DNA of 63,881 bases, the filler included, from Folioceros fuciformis (Eukaryota), in NCBI GenBank assembly GCA_049999805.1. It is 5 parts of 5 records of this genome, joined end to end, with 100 filler letters (N's around TTAATTAATTAA, not from the genome) between each part and the next. Parts side by side here need not be neighbours in the genome. Positions count along the whole stretch, not along the records: positions 17,607 to 43,131 come from JBNGIO010005948.1; 4 more parts are not named here. One strand, written 5' to 3'. The translations under genes were made by a program, and so were the position numbers. The notes under the pieces are model-generated. The model was not told where the DNA came from and did no database searches. It saw only the letters and a list, made by a program, of their open reading frames with translations. This document shows, piece by piece, positions 22,866 to 34,255 of the stretch. Within the stretch, counting starts at the first letter, position 1. Every line of letters begins with the position of its first letter.

Positions 22866-25800
22866 ATGATGCCCACGGAGAGGCAGTTAGACAAGGCACT
22901 GGTTACTCTGTTCCGAATCGACCAAGAACGATGTGTGCCCTCGGCGCTGGTGTACACGAGCTTGTGGCAAGCGGGCAAGCGCAGGAAGGCCGTTGCCGAG
23001 GCCCAGCAGGTGTACGCTCATGCGACAAACCATGGGTTGGAGTCCCACAGGCAAGTGGGCGACCTGCTGGTGTCCGCACCAGTCAGTTGTGGGGGCCCTG
23101 CAGACGGGATTCAACTGTTCCAGAGATTGTCGCACCCATCATTTGCTTCTTGGAGAGCAATCATGCCAGGGTATGGCAATGCTGGATTGTCTGGGGTGGC
23201 CTTACTGTGCTATGGAAGGATGCTACAGGAAGGATTCGAGCCAGACCCTGTTACATTCGTCAGCTTGCTTAAGGCATGTAGCAGATCGGAAGATCCGGAG
23301 GAGGGTTGGCGGATTCATGCTCAAGTTGTGGCAAGTGGGCTGGACTCGGATGGGCTCGTTGGGAGCAGCTTAGTTGACATGTACGCCAAGTGTGGGAGCA
23401 TAGGGGATGCCCGGAAGGTGTTTGACGGCCAGTACCAGCGAGACTTGGTGGCATGGAATGTGATGCTTGCAGGATACTCTCAGAAGGGACATGGGGAAAT
23501 GGCAATGAGGGCGTTTCGTGAGATGCATCAAACTGGAGTCAAGCCGGATGCACGGACGTTCGTCAGTGCCCTTCAAGGATGTGGAAGCTTAGCAGAAAAG
23601 GAGGAAATGACGTTTGTGGATGGAGAGCAGGTGAAGCTGGAAGCCTTGAAAGTGGGAAGAGAGTTACACGCTGAAGCAGTGAGAAGAGGGTATGTCTCCG
23701 ACATGTTTGTTGGCAACACACTGGTGAGTATGTATGCAAAGTGTGGGAGCTTTGCTGATGCCGAGGAAGCATTTGATGGACTTGCTCAGCGCAATGTAGT
23801 TTCATGGAATGCAATGCTGTCGGCATATGCTCAACAGGGCAGAGGGGAAAGAGCTTTGCAGATCTTCCTGCAGATGCGAGAGACGGGAATTAGTCCAAAT
23901 GCTCGAACATTTGTAAGTGCCCTCCGAGCGTGTGGTAGCATTGCAGAAAAGGAGGAGATTGCAGCTCTGAACAGCCGCAATGTGAAAGTACAGTGCCTGC
24001 GCAAGGGGAAGGAAATCCATGCCAGAGTCCGGGATGGGGGTTTTGAATCCAACAAGTTTATTGGTAGTGTCCTGGTTAGTATGTATGCAAAGTGCGGGAG
24101 CATCAACGATGCTGAGGAGGTGTTTAAAAGTTTGCACAAGCGTGATGCGGTGGCATGGAATGCCATGATACGAGGATATGCTGAGGAGGACCAAGAAGAC
24201 AAGGCTTTGCAGGCCTACAGACGGATGGTAAGGGAGGGATGCAGGCCCGATGCGCAGACATTTGTAAGTGCTCTTCATGCATGCGGGTGCCTTGCAGCAA
24301 AGGAGGAAAGCACCTCGGTACATGGGCAGGATGTCAAATTGGCATCCCTGCGAGAGGTAAGGGAATTGCATGCAGGAGCTACAGAATGGGGGTTTGATTC
24401 TGACACCTATGTTTGCAACTCTTTGCTTAGTACATATGCGAAGTGTGGGAGCATTCAGGACACAGAACTGGTGTTCGAACGAATGCCCAAACGAGGTGTG
24501 GTGTCATGGACTTCCATGATCGCAGCGTATGCCGTGCATGGCGCAGGAGGTAGGGCCCTCCAGGTGTTTAAGCAGATGCAGAAGGAGGGTGTGAGGCCGG
24601 ATGCACGAACCTTGGCCAGTGCTCTTCATGCATGTGGAGTTGCTGTTGAAAAGGAGGTGGTGTCATCTGAGGATGAGCAGAGCGTGAAGCTGAATTATCT
24701 TCAAGTGGGAAGAGACATACACGCTGAAGCTGCAAAACTGGATTTGGTTTCTGACGTTTTTGTCGCCAGCAATCTGGTGTACATGTATGCCAAGTGCGGG
24801 AGCATTAGAGACGCAGAGCAGGTGTTTGACGGAATGTCTCAGCGTGATGCTGTGTCGTGGACTGTCATGATTTCAGCGTATGCTCAGGAGCAAGGAGGAC
24901 AGGCTTTGCAGCTCTATGCCCAGATGCAAGCAGAAGGAATGAAGCCACAGGAGGCTACTTTTGTGTCAGTTCTCCAAGCGTGCAGCAGCACAGGAGCATT
25001 TGACACGTGCGTCCAGACCCACCAGGCCATTGTGGACAATGGATTGGAATACCGTCTTCCTGTTGCCACTTGCCTCATTCATGCGTACAGTAAGTGTGGG
25101 AGCATGGTGGAAGCCCAACGTGTCTTTGACTCCCTACCTGGCCCCGACGTCATCTCATGGAATGCCCTTCTGGCAGGCTATGCCCGGCTGGGCGATTGCA
25201 ACATGAGCGTCAAGTGCTACGGCCAAATGTTACAACGTGGCTTGAAGCCAGACAGAGTCACATTCCTGGGCCTCCTATCTGCTTGCAGCCATGCTGGACT
25301 AGTTCATAAGGGGCTTGAGTACTTCGAAACTATGTCCAGGGAATACAGCATCTCTGCAGACATGGAACATTACGCTTGTGTGATGGACCTCGTCGGTCGA
25401 GCCGGTCTCTTCAACAAAGCTGAAATGCTGCTCTCCCAGATGCCAATTGAACCTGGTTTGCCAGTCTGGTTGTGCCTGCTGAGCGCCTGCCGAAAACACG
25501 GTAATATTGTCATGGGAGAGCGGGCCTTTGCTGAAGCAGTAGGTGAAGATCCTGAACACGCTGCAGCCTATGTTCTCATGTCAAACATTTACCTAGATGC
25601 TGGCATGTTGGATTGTGCGAGAAAGGTAGATGAGATGAGGCAAAAAGCAGTTTCCTGGAAGAAGCCTGGCCAGAGCTGGATCTTTCATGACAAGCAGATG
25701 CAAGTATTTTTGGCGGACGATTGCAAACACCAACAAGCAGCCATACTGTATGAGATATTGGAAAATGTCGGCGTACAGCTAACTAAAGCTGGGATGACTT

Positions 25801-25928
25801 CAGCTGCATCGAGGCGAGATAAGGGTGTCGCGCAGTCTCCAGACACGTCTCCGCCCGTCCATGCTCTGGCAGTAGCAGCAGGTTCCATGGAGGTTTCCGC
25901 AAGCTTCCAAACCAAATGCATTCTGTAG
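22866..25928 (+). CDS. PLS-class PPR protein, E+ type (PG box, no deaminase core), with long inserted L motifs
   Basis: Repeated P-L-S triplets (SLVDMYAKCGS, VAWNVMLAGY, PDARTFVSALQGC); E1/E2 (HYACVMDLVGRAG, AAAYVLMSNIY); KKPGQSWI; no HxE/CxxC. True start uncertain. Confidence 0.92.
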   Translation: MMPTERQLDKALVTLFRIDQERCVPSALVYTSLWQAGKRRKAVAEAQQVYAHATNHGLESHRQVGDLLVSAPVSCGGPADGIQLFQRLSHPSFASWRAIMPGYGNAGLSGVALLCYGRMLQEGFEPDPVTFVSLLKACSRSEDPEEGWRIHAQVVASGLDSDGLVGSSLVDMYAKCGSIGDARKVFDGQYQRDLVAWNVMLAGYSQKGHGEMAMRAFREMHQTGVKPDARTFVSALQGCGSLAEKEEMTFVDGEQVKLEALKVGRELHAEAVRRGYVSDMFVGNTLVSMYAKCGSFADAEEAFDGLAQRNVVSWNAMLSAYAQQGRGERALQIFLQMRETGISPNARTFVSALRACGSIAEKEEIAALNSRNVKVQCLRKGKEIHARVRDGGFESNKFIGSVLVSMYAKCGSINDAEEVFKSLHKRDAVAWNAMIRGYAEEDQEDKALQAYRRMVREGCRPDAQTFVSALHACGCLAAKEESTSVHGQDVKLASLREVRELHAGATEWGFDSDTYVCNSLLSTYAKCGSIQDTELVFERMPKRGVVSWTSMIAAYAVHGAGGRALQVFKQMQKEGVRPDARTLASALHACGVAVEKEVVSSEDEQSVKLNYLQVGRDIHAEAAKLDLVSDVFVASNLVYMYAKCGSIRDAEQVFDGMSQRDAVSWTVMISAYAQEQGGQALQLYAQMQAEGMKPQEATFVSVLQACSSTGAFDTCVQTHQAIVDNGLEYRLPVATCLIHAYSKCGSMVEAQRVFDSLPGPDVISWNALLAGYARLGDCNMSVKCYGQMLQRGLKPDRVTFLGLLSACSHAGLVHKGLEYFETMSREYSISADMEHYACVMDLVGRAGLFNKAEMLLSQMPIEPGLPVWLCLLSACRKHGNIVMGERAFAEAVGEDPEHAAAYVLMSNIYLDAGMLDCARKVDEMRQKAVSWKKPGQSWIFHDKQMQVFLADDCKHQQAAILYEILENVGVQLTKAGMTSAASRRDKGVAQSPDTSPPVHALAVAAGSMEVSASFQTKCIL

Positions 25929-27459
25929 GATCTCGCAAAAAGACCTTTCAAGAGTCTGAGTTTTCTTCTTCAAGAGGTAAGAAGACCCGCCAGCCGTGCG
26001 CCTGTGGGCGTCCTGCTCCTTATCAGCTGCAAGTGAGATCGAAACTGCAGCACCGGGTCTGGGAATCTGCATCGCCGCTATCACCTTCATTTGTAGACAA
26101 GGATGGTGCCAGTCTGGTGGAGCTGATTCTTGCTGACCATGTTCTTCTTTGCTTATCTTCTGAACTGATGGGCCTCCGCAAGCAATGGTGTCTTGAGAAC
26201 GGATCTGATTCAGGATTCGACAGAGAAGCTCCCTTCTCCATCTGCGCCGCCTTGTCACTATTAGAAACAACAATTCCTACATTTTCCTTTTTAGAAGTCA
26301 TTCCTTTCGCACCGCAGGCAGAGTCAACCATTTCAAACCGTATCTTTTATCCAAATACTTTCCAAACGTTCCTAGTATCTGGAGCAGGAATGTATGTGTG
26401 CACAAAGCCGTAATTCAAACCCTTTAATGTCCTGCAACCTTGTCTCGACTACTGGATAGTGAGATTCTTTCAGTCTATCGATCATTAGCAATCCTTTGGT
26501 GGTAACTCTTTTGATCATGAAGAGCCCTTTCCGAGAAGCTGTTTCCCTGTCTACGTACTAGAACATTTGGTGGTAACTCTTTTGTTCATGAAGAGCCCTT
26601 TCCGAGCAGCTCTTTCATTGGCTACAGCACGAGAGGATTGCATGATGGATCCAAGACTTGCATCTTCTAACTTTGCTGAAGATTCTCGACAGTGAAAAGT
26701 AGGTTCCATCGACCATGATCTGATCTTTCTCTTTTTTTTCTTTTGCGCCAGGTTTCTTTGCCGAATTTGCTGACGGTTCTCGGACGGGGAGAACTTGTGC
26801 TTCGCATTGCCAATGCAAATGGAGCACGGCAAGGGATCATGCCTGATGGGTCTATTTCGTAATAGGACCTGTCTGGAGTGGGCCATCGTGTACGAGAGAA
26901 AACTAGTAAAACCCCCGTCACACCCTGTCGGAAGATCTCCTCCTGGCCTAACTTCAAGGAGAGAAGGGCTGGCAGTGGGACTCGGTAGTTGCAGCACCTC
27001 GGTAAGCGAGCCGGCTCGTCCAGCTGGATGTTCCGGCTGTTCTGGCTCAAACAAGCAGTGACGGATATCTTCTTGTGAAACAAGATATACCAGCCAGCTT
27101 GGGCTGATGCGCGTATGTTGGGTGGGTTGTTGCCGTGCACGTTGCATTTCTGCCGAACTCATGTCTGCCATGTCATGCTGGTAGTCTCTGTCTGGAAGAT
27201 ATGGTGCAGACCGACCGTCGTATTCCAGTTTGTCTCTTTTAAACTGTTCTGAAGAAGTGTGTGGTAAAGAGGGATCTTGTTCTGGCTAGCCAGGTCTGTG
27301 CTTTCGATCTGAGGAACGCGTGCCAATCAAACATGTACCGAGGTTTACACTTCCTGCCAATGAATGCTTCTCTGGCAGGTTGCAAGACGCAAGAGATTGT
27401 TTTACCCGGTTTCCGATGTGTTAGCCTTCACGTGGGCTGCCATCATCCCTGCGGATGTT

Positions 27460-28100
27460 AAAACATGGAGAAGACAAGCGGGCCTGGTGGTGGTGACAAA
27501 GATGTAGTGACCTGTAGGTAGTGCCATGATATTAGAGCTGATTCTGTGACGTATTTGTGTCTCCTGCAGGTGTGTGCAAGTGCGAGCACCCAGACGTTAG
27601 GAAAGGGGAAGCGTGTTCATTCACAATAGAAGGGAACGAGGATGTGAATCTGCTGTCATTGTGGCCAATATTTTGCGAAGTCAGTATCTATGAGAATTTT
27701 GGCAGCTTAGAGGATGCGCAGACAGTGTCCAATTGGCTTGGTCGGAAGGTTGTGGTGTCACGGAATGCCATGATAGCAGCGTATTCCCCAGCAGGGCATG
27801 GGCTAGGAGGTCTTCATACCCACAGGGCTATGCAAGGAGACTTGCAAAGCTGTACGTGATTCCATGATATTTGTTTGCCTCCTACAGGTTTGGGTACTGC
27901 AGCCCTCGATAAGGGAAAGCACCTGCATGCAGAATTCGGGAACGAGCCCTTGAAGCTTATGTGTTTGTAGGCAGCAGTCTTGTAAACGTGTATTCCTAGT
28001 GTGGCAGCTTGGAGGATGCTCAGAGAGTCTTTGATGGACTTGCTCAGAGCAATGTGGCAACATGGAATGCCTTGATAGCGGGGTATTCCCAGCATAATCT
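27460..28100 (+). pseudogene. Degenerate PPR fragment
   Basis: FGSLEDAQTVSNWLGRKVVVSRNAMIAAYS, GTAALDKGKHLHAE, CGSLEDAQRVFDGLAQSNVATWNALIAGYSQ, with stops and shifts. Confidence 0.8.
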
Positions 28101-28266
28101 TCGAGTTGGCATCATCCGACGGGAAGGGTCGCTAGGGGCATCGCACGTGCAGCATCGGGTGATAGATGCGCAGGCATGATGTACCAGCGATGACGGGGTT
28201 GAGGAGGTTAAGGCAAGATATTCCAATTAGAGCTCCGAATGAGCTCGGAGCTTGTATCCATTGGCC

Positions 28267-30200
28267 ATGGGTGACGGGGTAACGGATATTGCAAGCAGAG
28301 CTTTCGCTTGCCTGACTTCGAGGAAGCAACAGTTGGCGCACAACCAAGTCGGGAGGGCTTGTGCCATAGCAAACAAGCTTTCCTGTCTAGCAGAATTTCT
28401 GGTCGACGACGGATCTTCCAGGGAGGGACAGATCTCTCCTCCTGTGAACCATAGCAGGGTTCGGGGAACCGAGCAGGCCGTTACAGCTGAAACCGTGATC
28501 ACGCTGTGTCATGAGGGCCGCCTCACGGATGCTGTCGACGCCTTGGAAGCTTTGTTGCAGGCAGACTGCACCATTTCCAGGACTCTAGTAAACACAGTGC
28601 TGAAGAGACGTCTGGTGGCGAAGGATCTTGCCCTGGGGAGCCGGGTTCATGCTTTCGTGGTGAGAATGGGATACCAGACGGACACGTTCCTTTGCAATCA
28701 CATCCTGCGGACGTATGCGTCACACGGCAGGTTGCAAGATGCGATGGATGTGTTTCAAGTAGTGGCTAAACCAGATGCCTTCACTTGGTCTGCAATCATC
28801 TCAGCGCATGTCAAACTTGGACAGGACAAGCAGGCCATAGAGCTGTATTATCGGATGCGTAAGTCCAGTGTCGAGCCTGATGGGCATGTGTTTGTAGCAG
28901 CCCTGCAGTGTGTGAAGCTGGAGTGGTTTTTGCCAACAGTTTGATAAACATGTATGCAAAGTGTGGCAGCTTGGCGGATGCTCAGAAAGTGTTTGATGGA
29001 CTGGTGACGAAAGATGTCGTGACGTGGACTGCTATTATGGATGTCGTGACGTGGACTGCCTTAATAGCAGCGTACTCCCAGCAGGGCATGGGGCATGGGC
29101 ATGAAGCCCTGAGTATCTGCAGTATTATGCAAGAAGAAGGCGTGGCTATACCCAATGACGTGACATTTGTGTGCCTTCTGCAGGCATGTGCAAGTGTGGG
29201 GACCATCCAGGCGTTGGAGCCTTCGGAAGCATCTTCACAGGCAGGTTACAGAGCAAGGGCATAGCAGTAACATTTTTGTAGCCAGCAGTTTGGTGAACAT
29301 GTATGCAAAGTGTGGCAGCTTGGACGATGCACAAGAAGTGTTTGAAGGACGTGATAAGGAGAACGTTGTGACATGGAATGCAAGGATCGCAGCATACTCC
29401 CAGCAGGGCAGGGCCACGAAGCGATTCGTCTTTATAGTGCTATGCAAGCGAAAGGGATAGTCGTGCCCGATTGTGTGACATTTGTGGGTCTCCTGCAGGC
29501 ATGCGCGAACGTGGCAGCTCTTGCCTGGGAAGGCAGCTGCATGCACAGATCTTAGAACTAGGTTTTCAAGCTGATGCGTTCATAGCGGGCAGTCTTGTAA
29601 ACATGTGGGAAGTGTGGGAGCATGGTGGATGCACAACAGGTGTTCGATACGCTGCCAACAAGGAACCTTTTTGCGTGGGTGCATTGATTGCAAGCTACAC
29701 CTCTCAAGGTAATAGTGACGTGATGTTTGACTTGGTGGAGGGAATGAGAGCGGATGGCATACGGCCAGATGGCGTCACATTCCTCAGTATACTAACGGCA
29801 TGCAGCCATGCGGGTCTGGTGAAGAATGGGTGGGAGTACTTCGATGCGAAGAGCAGACCCTACAGCATCACACCTACACAGAACCACTACACTTGCATGG
29901 TGGATCTCCTGTGCCGTGCAGGGGAACTGGACGAGGCACTGGCTCTTATAGGATCAATGGTTGTGTTGCCTAATGCTCATGTTTGGCACACTCTGTTGGT
30001 GCCTGCCGAAAGTGGAGCAACGTGGAGGTGGGACGCCATGCTTTCAATGAAGCTATGAAATTAGACACGAAAGATGCGGCAGCATTATGTGCTAATGTCC
30101 AACATATACACAACCGCCCAGATGTGGGACCAGGCCCTACGGATGCAGACAAGAAAAGCGGAGAGTGCGTGGAAGCGGCCAGGTCAGAGCTGGTGGACAG
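28267..30200 (+). pseudogene. PLS-E PPR pseudogene, paralog of 31326-34025
   Basis: Same N-terminus (AHNQVG, LCHEGRLTDAVDALE, DTFLCNHILR, KPDAFTWSAIISAHVK) but split over at least five ORFs by frameshifts; E motifs and a decayed KRPGQSWW remain. Confidence 0.9.
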
Positions 30201-30787
30201 GCTAAGCTGGTTGGCGATGAGAAGCAACCCTAGAACCCTCTTGTCATGCATTGGCCCCCATCAGCTGCAAAAGCTGTGTGGATGTTGCGGCATAACTAAG
30301 AAAGACGCATGGTTACCACGTACTCAGCGAATGCACCGCATTTGGCAAAGGAAACTATACAACTTTGAGCACTTTGGACTTTTATCTAATTGCCGCAATG
30401 TGTCTAGACATACGTACGTCAATGTATCCCACATGTCGGCGTTTCTAAGCCAACAGGTAAGGCGTGTGAGAGGAAACGTCTTCCTCCTGACCATAGATGA
30501 GGCCGGCGGATCACGGAATATGACTGCTGCCTCCTGCTGACAAGGAGGTGATTAGTGAAGGAGGCTACTGGACATGCTAAGAACAGGCTTATAGAGGATC
30601 CGCTCGGAGGTCCGTTTAGGAAGCAGAGCTCGTGCTACTCTTGCTCCTTTTGGAAGTCCCTGTTCGTGGATAGAGTGCTGTAGTAAGTGGTGAGCAGAGT
30701 GCATCTCCTAAGCTGAGGATCGCCAGAATATGTACGTACGAAGGAGAAGCAGCCTCCAAGTGACCTCGGCTTTCATATTATCACAAC

Positions 30788-31050
30788 GTCGTCCTCTGCA
30801 TCTGGCTCACAAGGAGCAGCCGACCCTTGGCCTAAACCTTTTGCGGCAGCTCGCTGCATGCACCACACCGTCCTCCTCTGCATCTGGCGTACCAGGAGCA
30901 AGCCGACTCTGGCATAGACCTTTTGCAGTAGCTCGCTGCATGCACCACACCGTCCTCCTCTGCAACTGGCTCACCAGGAGCAGCCGACCTCTGGCCTAGA
31001 CCTTTTGCGGCAGCTCGGGGCATGCATCACACCGTCCTCCTCTGCATCCA
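30788..31050. repeat. ~80-bp tandem repeat, about 3.3 copies
   Basis: Recurring CCTTTTGC(G/A)G(C/T)AGCTCG..GCATGCA.CACACCGTCCTCCTCTGCA. Confidence 0.85.
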
Positions 31051-31108
31051 TCTGGAACCCTAACTCTTCATCCGCTGCCCGGAACAATGACGCGCAGCGC
31101 TACGGTGG

Positions 31109-31255
31109 CCCTTGGGGCCAGCCCTCTTCCACCTAGCCACCTCATAGTTTCCCATTCCAAGTGCATGGTGTATGGCTTATTCCCTTGGGGCCAGCCCTCT
31201 TCCACCTAGCCACCTCATAGTTTCCCATTCCAAGTGCATGGTGCATGGCTTATTC
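31109..31255. repeat. ~73-bp direct tandem duplication just 3' of the PPR stop
   Basis: CCCTTGGGGCCAGCCCTCTTCCACCTAGCCACCTCATAGTTTCCCATTCCAAGTGCATGGTG(T/C)ATGGCTTATT twice. Confidence 0.9.
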
Positions 31256-31325
31256 CATCTGTTTTTCCCATAAAGTCTCTAATCGTCTTTAGGCTCGTTC
31301 CATGGTATGCAGGTAGTTGGGACAC

Positions 31326-34025
31326 CTACTTCTCATCCCCAACCAAAAAACTGTGCAACAGGCCGTCCTTGTCTATCCACCAGCTTTGTCCTGGCTGCTT
31401 CCATGCCTTCATTCTTTGCCTACTCACCTGCATCTCCTCTGCCTGTTCCCACATCTGGGCACCGGAGTATATGTTGGACATCAACACATATGCCGCGGCG
31501 TCCTCCTCCTCTCGCTCACCTACCTGACTGAAAACATATCGCCCCACCTCCAAGTTGCCCCACTTTTGACAAGCACCCAACAGAGTGTGCCAAACCGCAG
31601 CTCTGGGCAACATTGGCATTGACGTTACGAGAGCTAGTGCCTCATCCAGTTGTCCTGCACGGCCCAGGAGGTCCACCATGCACGTGTAGTGGTCTTCAGT
31701 AGGAGTGATGCCGTAATGGGTGCTCATAGCCTCAAAGTACTCCCACCCCTTCTTCACCAGACCCTCATGACTGCATACTGTCAAAACACTGAGAAGTGTG
31801 ATGCTGTTCGGCCTTATACCCTCCTCTTCCATTCTTTGGAGCAGGCCGAAGACCATGTCACTCTTTCCTTGACAAGCGTAGCCTGCAATCAGTGCGCTCC
31901 AGACGACAACGTTTCTTTCGGACAACGCGTCAAACACCCTCTGCGCATCAACCATGCTCCCGCACTTTCCATACATGTTAATCAGACTCCCAGCTATAAC
32001 CACATGGGCTTCAAGCCCTTGCTTCAGTATCTGTGAATGCAGCTGCCTTCCCAGAGATAAAGCTGCCACATTTCCACATGCCTGGAGGAGGCATGTGAAA
32101 GTCACAGAATCGTGAACAACCATGCCTTCTTCTTGCATTGCACGGTAGACACGAAGCGCTTCCTGGCCCATACCCTGCTGGGAATATCCTGCTATCATGG
32201 CAGTCCACGCAACCACATCCTTTATACCAAGTGCATTGAACACTCTCTGAGCGTCTTCCAAGCTGCCACACTTTGCATACATGGTTAGTAAGCTGCTGGC
32301 TACGAACGCATGAGTTTCAAGTCCTCGTTCTCTAAGCTCAGCATGAAGGTGCTTACCCGTCTCCAAAGCTGGGGTACCGACCTTTGCACATGCCTGCAGG
32401 AGGCACTCGAATGTCACAGCATCAGGTGCAGTAAAGGCTTCTTGCATAGCAGGATAGAGGCGAAGGGCTTCCTGCCCCATGCCCTGCTGCGAATATCCTG
32501 CTATCATGGCATTCCATGTCACCACATTTTTCTGCGCAAGGCCATCGAACAGTCTCTGAGCATCTTCCAGGCTGCCACACTTCGCATACATGTTCAACAA
32601 ACTACTGGATACAAACACATCAGTGTCATGTCCTCGCTCTCGCATTTGCGCATGTAGTTGCCTCCCCATCTCTAGCGCTGAGGTGCCCACGCTTGCACAT
32701 GCCTGCAAAAGGCACATGAATGTCACGGAGTCGGGCACGGTAGTGCCTTCTTCTTGCATAGCAGTATAAAGGGATAGGGCTTCCTGGCCCATGCCCTGAT
32801 GGGAGTATCCTGTTATCATGGCAGTCCACACAACCAAATCTTTTCTACTAAGTCCATCGAACACTCGCTGAGCATCTTTCAGGCTGCCACACTTGACATA
32901 CATGTGCAGTAAACTACTGGCTACAAAACGATCGGCTTCGTATCCTCGTTCCCTAGCTTGAGCATGAAGATGCTTTCCCTTGTCCAACGCTGGTGTTCCC
33001 ACACTTGCACATGCCTGCAGAAGGCACACAAACGTAACAGAGTCAGGTGCTGCCATGCCTGCTTCTTGCATAGCACTGTACAGACTAAGAGCTTCCAGCC
33101 CCATGCCCTGCTGTGAATATCCTGCTATCATGGCAGTCCAAGTAACCACATTTTTATGACTGAGCCTGTTGAACACACCCTGAGCATCCGCCAAGCTGCG
33201 GCACTTTGCATACATGTCCACCAAGCAACTAGAGACAAACAAATCACGCTCCCTGCCACTGGCCAGTACATCAGCATGCACCTCCTGCCCCGTTTTCAAG
33301 TCTGCTGCCTTTGCACAAGCCTGAAGTGCTGCGACAAACACATGGCCATCTGGCTTCACACCGGATCTGCGCATCTGCTGATACAGTTGTATGGCCTGCT
33401 TGTCCTGGCCATGCTTAACATGCGCAGAAATGATGGCAGACCACGTGAAGGCATCTGGTTTGCCAACAGCTTTAAACACATCCATGGCATCACGCAGCTT
33501 GCCACGAGAAGCACAAATTCGCAAAATATGATTGCACAAAAACGTGTCTGCCCTGTAGCCCTTCTTCACCGTGCACGCGATAACGCGGCTACCCAGAACA
33601 CGATCTTTCTTTCCCACACATTTCCTCAGGACTGTGTACAGAACGGATTTGGAAACACAACGGTTCGAATGCACCAGATCTTCTAAAGCCTCTACAGCCT
33701 CTGTAAGATGGCCCTCGTAACACAGCTTGAGCACGCCTTCCTCCTCATGCGGTAAATTCCTCTTGGAGACGTAGCGACTCATGCCCACATCCAGAGAAAC
33801 CCCGAGGCTCCCTTCCTGACTGGAGAAGGAAAATCCTCGTGGAGAAGCGGACTCTGTTGCTAAAGTGGTGCACCTACCGGACCCGACTTGGTTGTGCACC
33901 AATGCTTGGGACTTGGTCACGACGCTACAGACAGGCATGGCTGTCATGAGTTTCACGGGCCGGTCATTGGGCACCACTCTGCATGCGCTGTTTTGGGGAC
34001 CCCAGGGATGCAAATCTTCCTTCAA
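31326..34025 (-). CDS. PLS-class PPR protein, E/E+ type, intact and intronless
   Basis: 899-aa ORF with regular P-L-S triplets, E1/E2 (HYTCMVDLLGRAG, DAAAYVLMSNIY), ending KQPGQSWWIDKDGLLHSFLVGDEK*; no DYW core. First ATG at ~33947. Confidence 0.95.
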   Translation of the reverse strand: MKEDLHPWGPQNSACRVVPNDRPVKLMTAMPVCSVVTKSQALVHNQVGSGRCTTLATESASPRGFSFSSQEGSLGVSLDVGMSRYVSKRNLPHEEEGVLKLCYEGHLTEAVEALEDLVHSNRCVSKSVLYTVLRKCVGKKDRVLGSRVIACTVKKGYRADTFLCNHILRICASRGKLRDAMDVFKAVGKPDAFTWSAIISAHVKHGQDKQAIQLYQQMRRSGVKPDGHVFVAALQACAKAADLKTGQEVHADVLASGRERDLFVSSCLVDMYAKCRSLADAQGVFNRLSHKNVVTWTAMIAGYSQQGMGLEALSLYSAMQEAGMAAPDSVTFVCLLQACASVGTPALDKGKHLHAQARERGYEADRFVASSLLHMYVKCGSLKDAQRVFDGLSRKDLVVWTAMITGYSHQGMGQEALSLYTAMQEEGTTVPDSVTFMCLLQACASVGTSALEMGRQLHAQMRERGHDTDVFVSSSLLNMYAKCGSLEDAQRLFDGLAQKNVVTWNAMIAGYSQQGMGQEALRLYPAMQEAFTAPDAVTFECLLQACAKVGTPALETGKHLHAELRERGLETHAFVASSLLTMYAKCGSLEDAQRVFNALGIKDVVAWTAMIAGYSQQGMGQEALRVYRAMQEEGMVVHDSVTFTCLLQACGNVAALSLGRQLHSQILKQGLEAHVVIAGSLINMYGKCGSMVDAQRVFDALSERNVVVWSALIAGYACQGKSDMVFGLLQRMEEEGIRPNSITLLSVLTVCSHEGLVKKGWEYFEAMSTHYGITPTEDHYTCMVDLLGRAGQLDEALALVTSMPMLPRAAVWHTLLGACQKWGNLEVGRYVFSQVGEREEEDAAAYVLMSNIYSGAQMWEQAEEMQVSRQRMKAWKQPGQSWWIDKDGLLHSFLVGDEK

Positions 34026-34255
34026 AGGTTCACCACATACCCTGTAGTTTTAGGACCTCCTCAAAGAAACATCTGTGGGCTGGGTCACAGTGATAATGCT
34101 GGGGTGGGTGTTGAGCTCTGCAGTTGTCTGGCGGGCCTACCCCCATCTCGTAAGTCCGACCTTGTCTCATGGCTATGCAAATCCAGTATGATGCTCTGAG
34201 AAGAAATGCATGGTATGTTTGTTAGCCACATAGCATCACTCCCATAACCAAGTTT

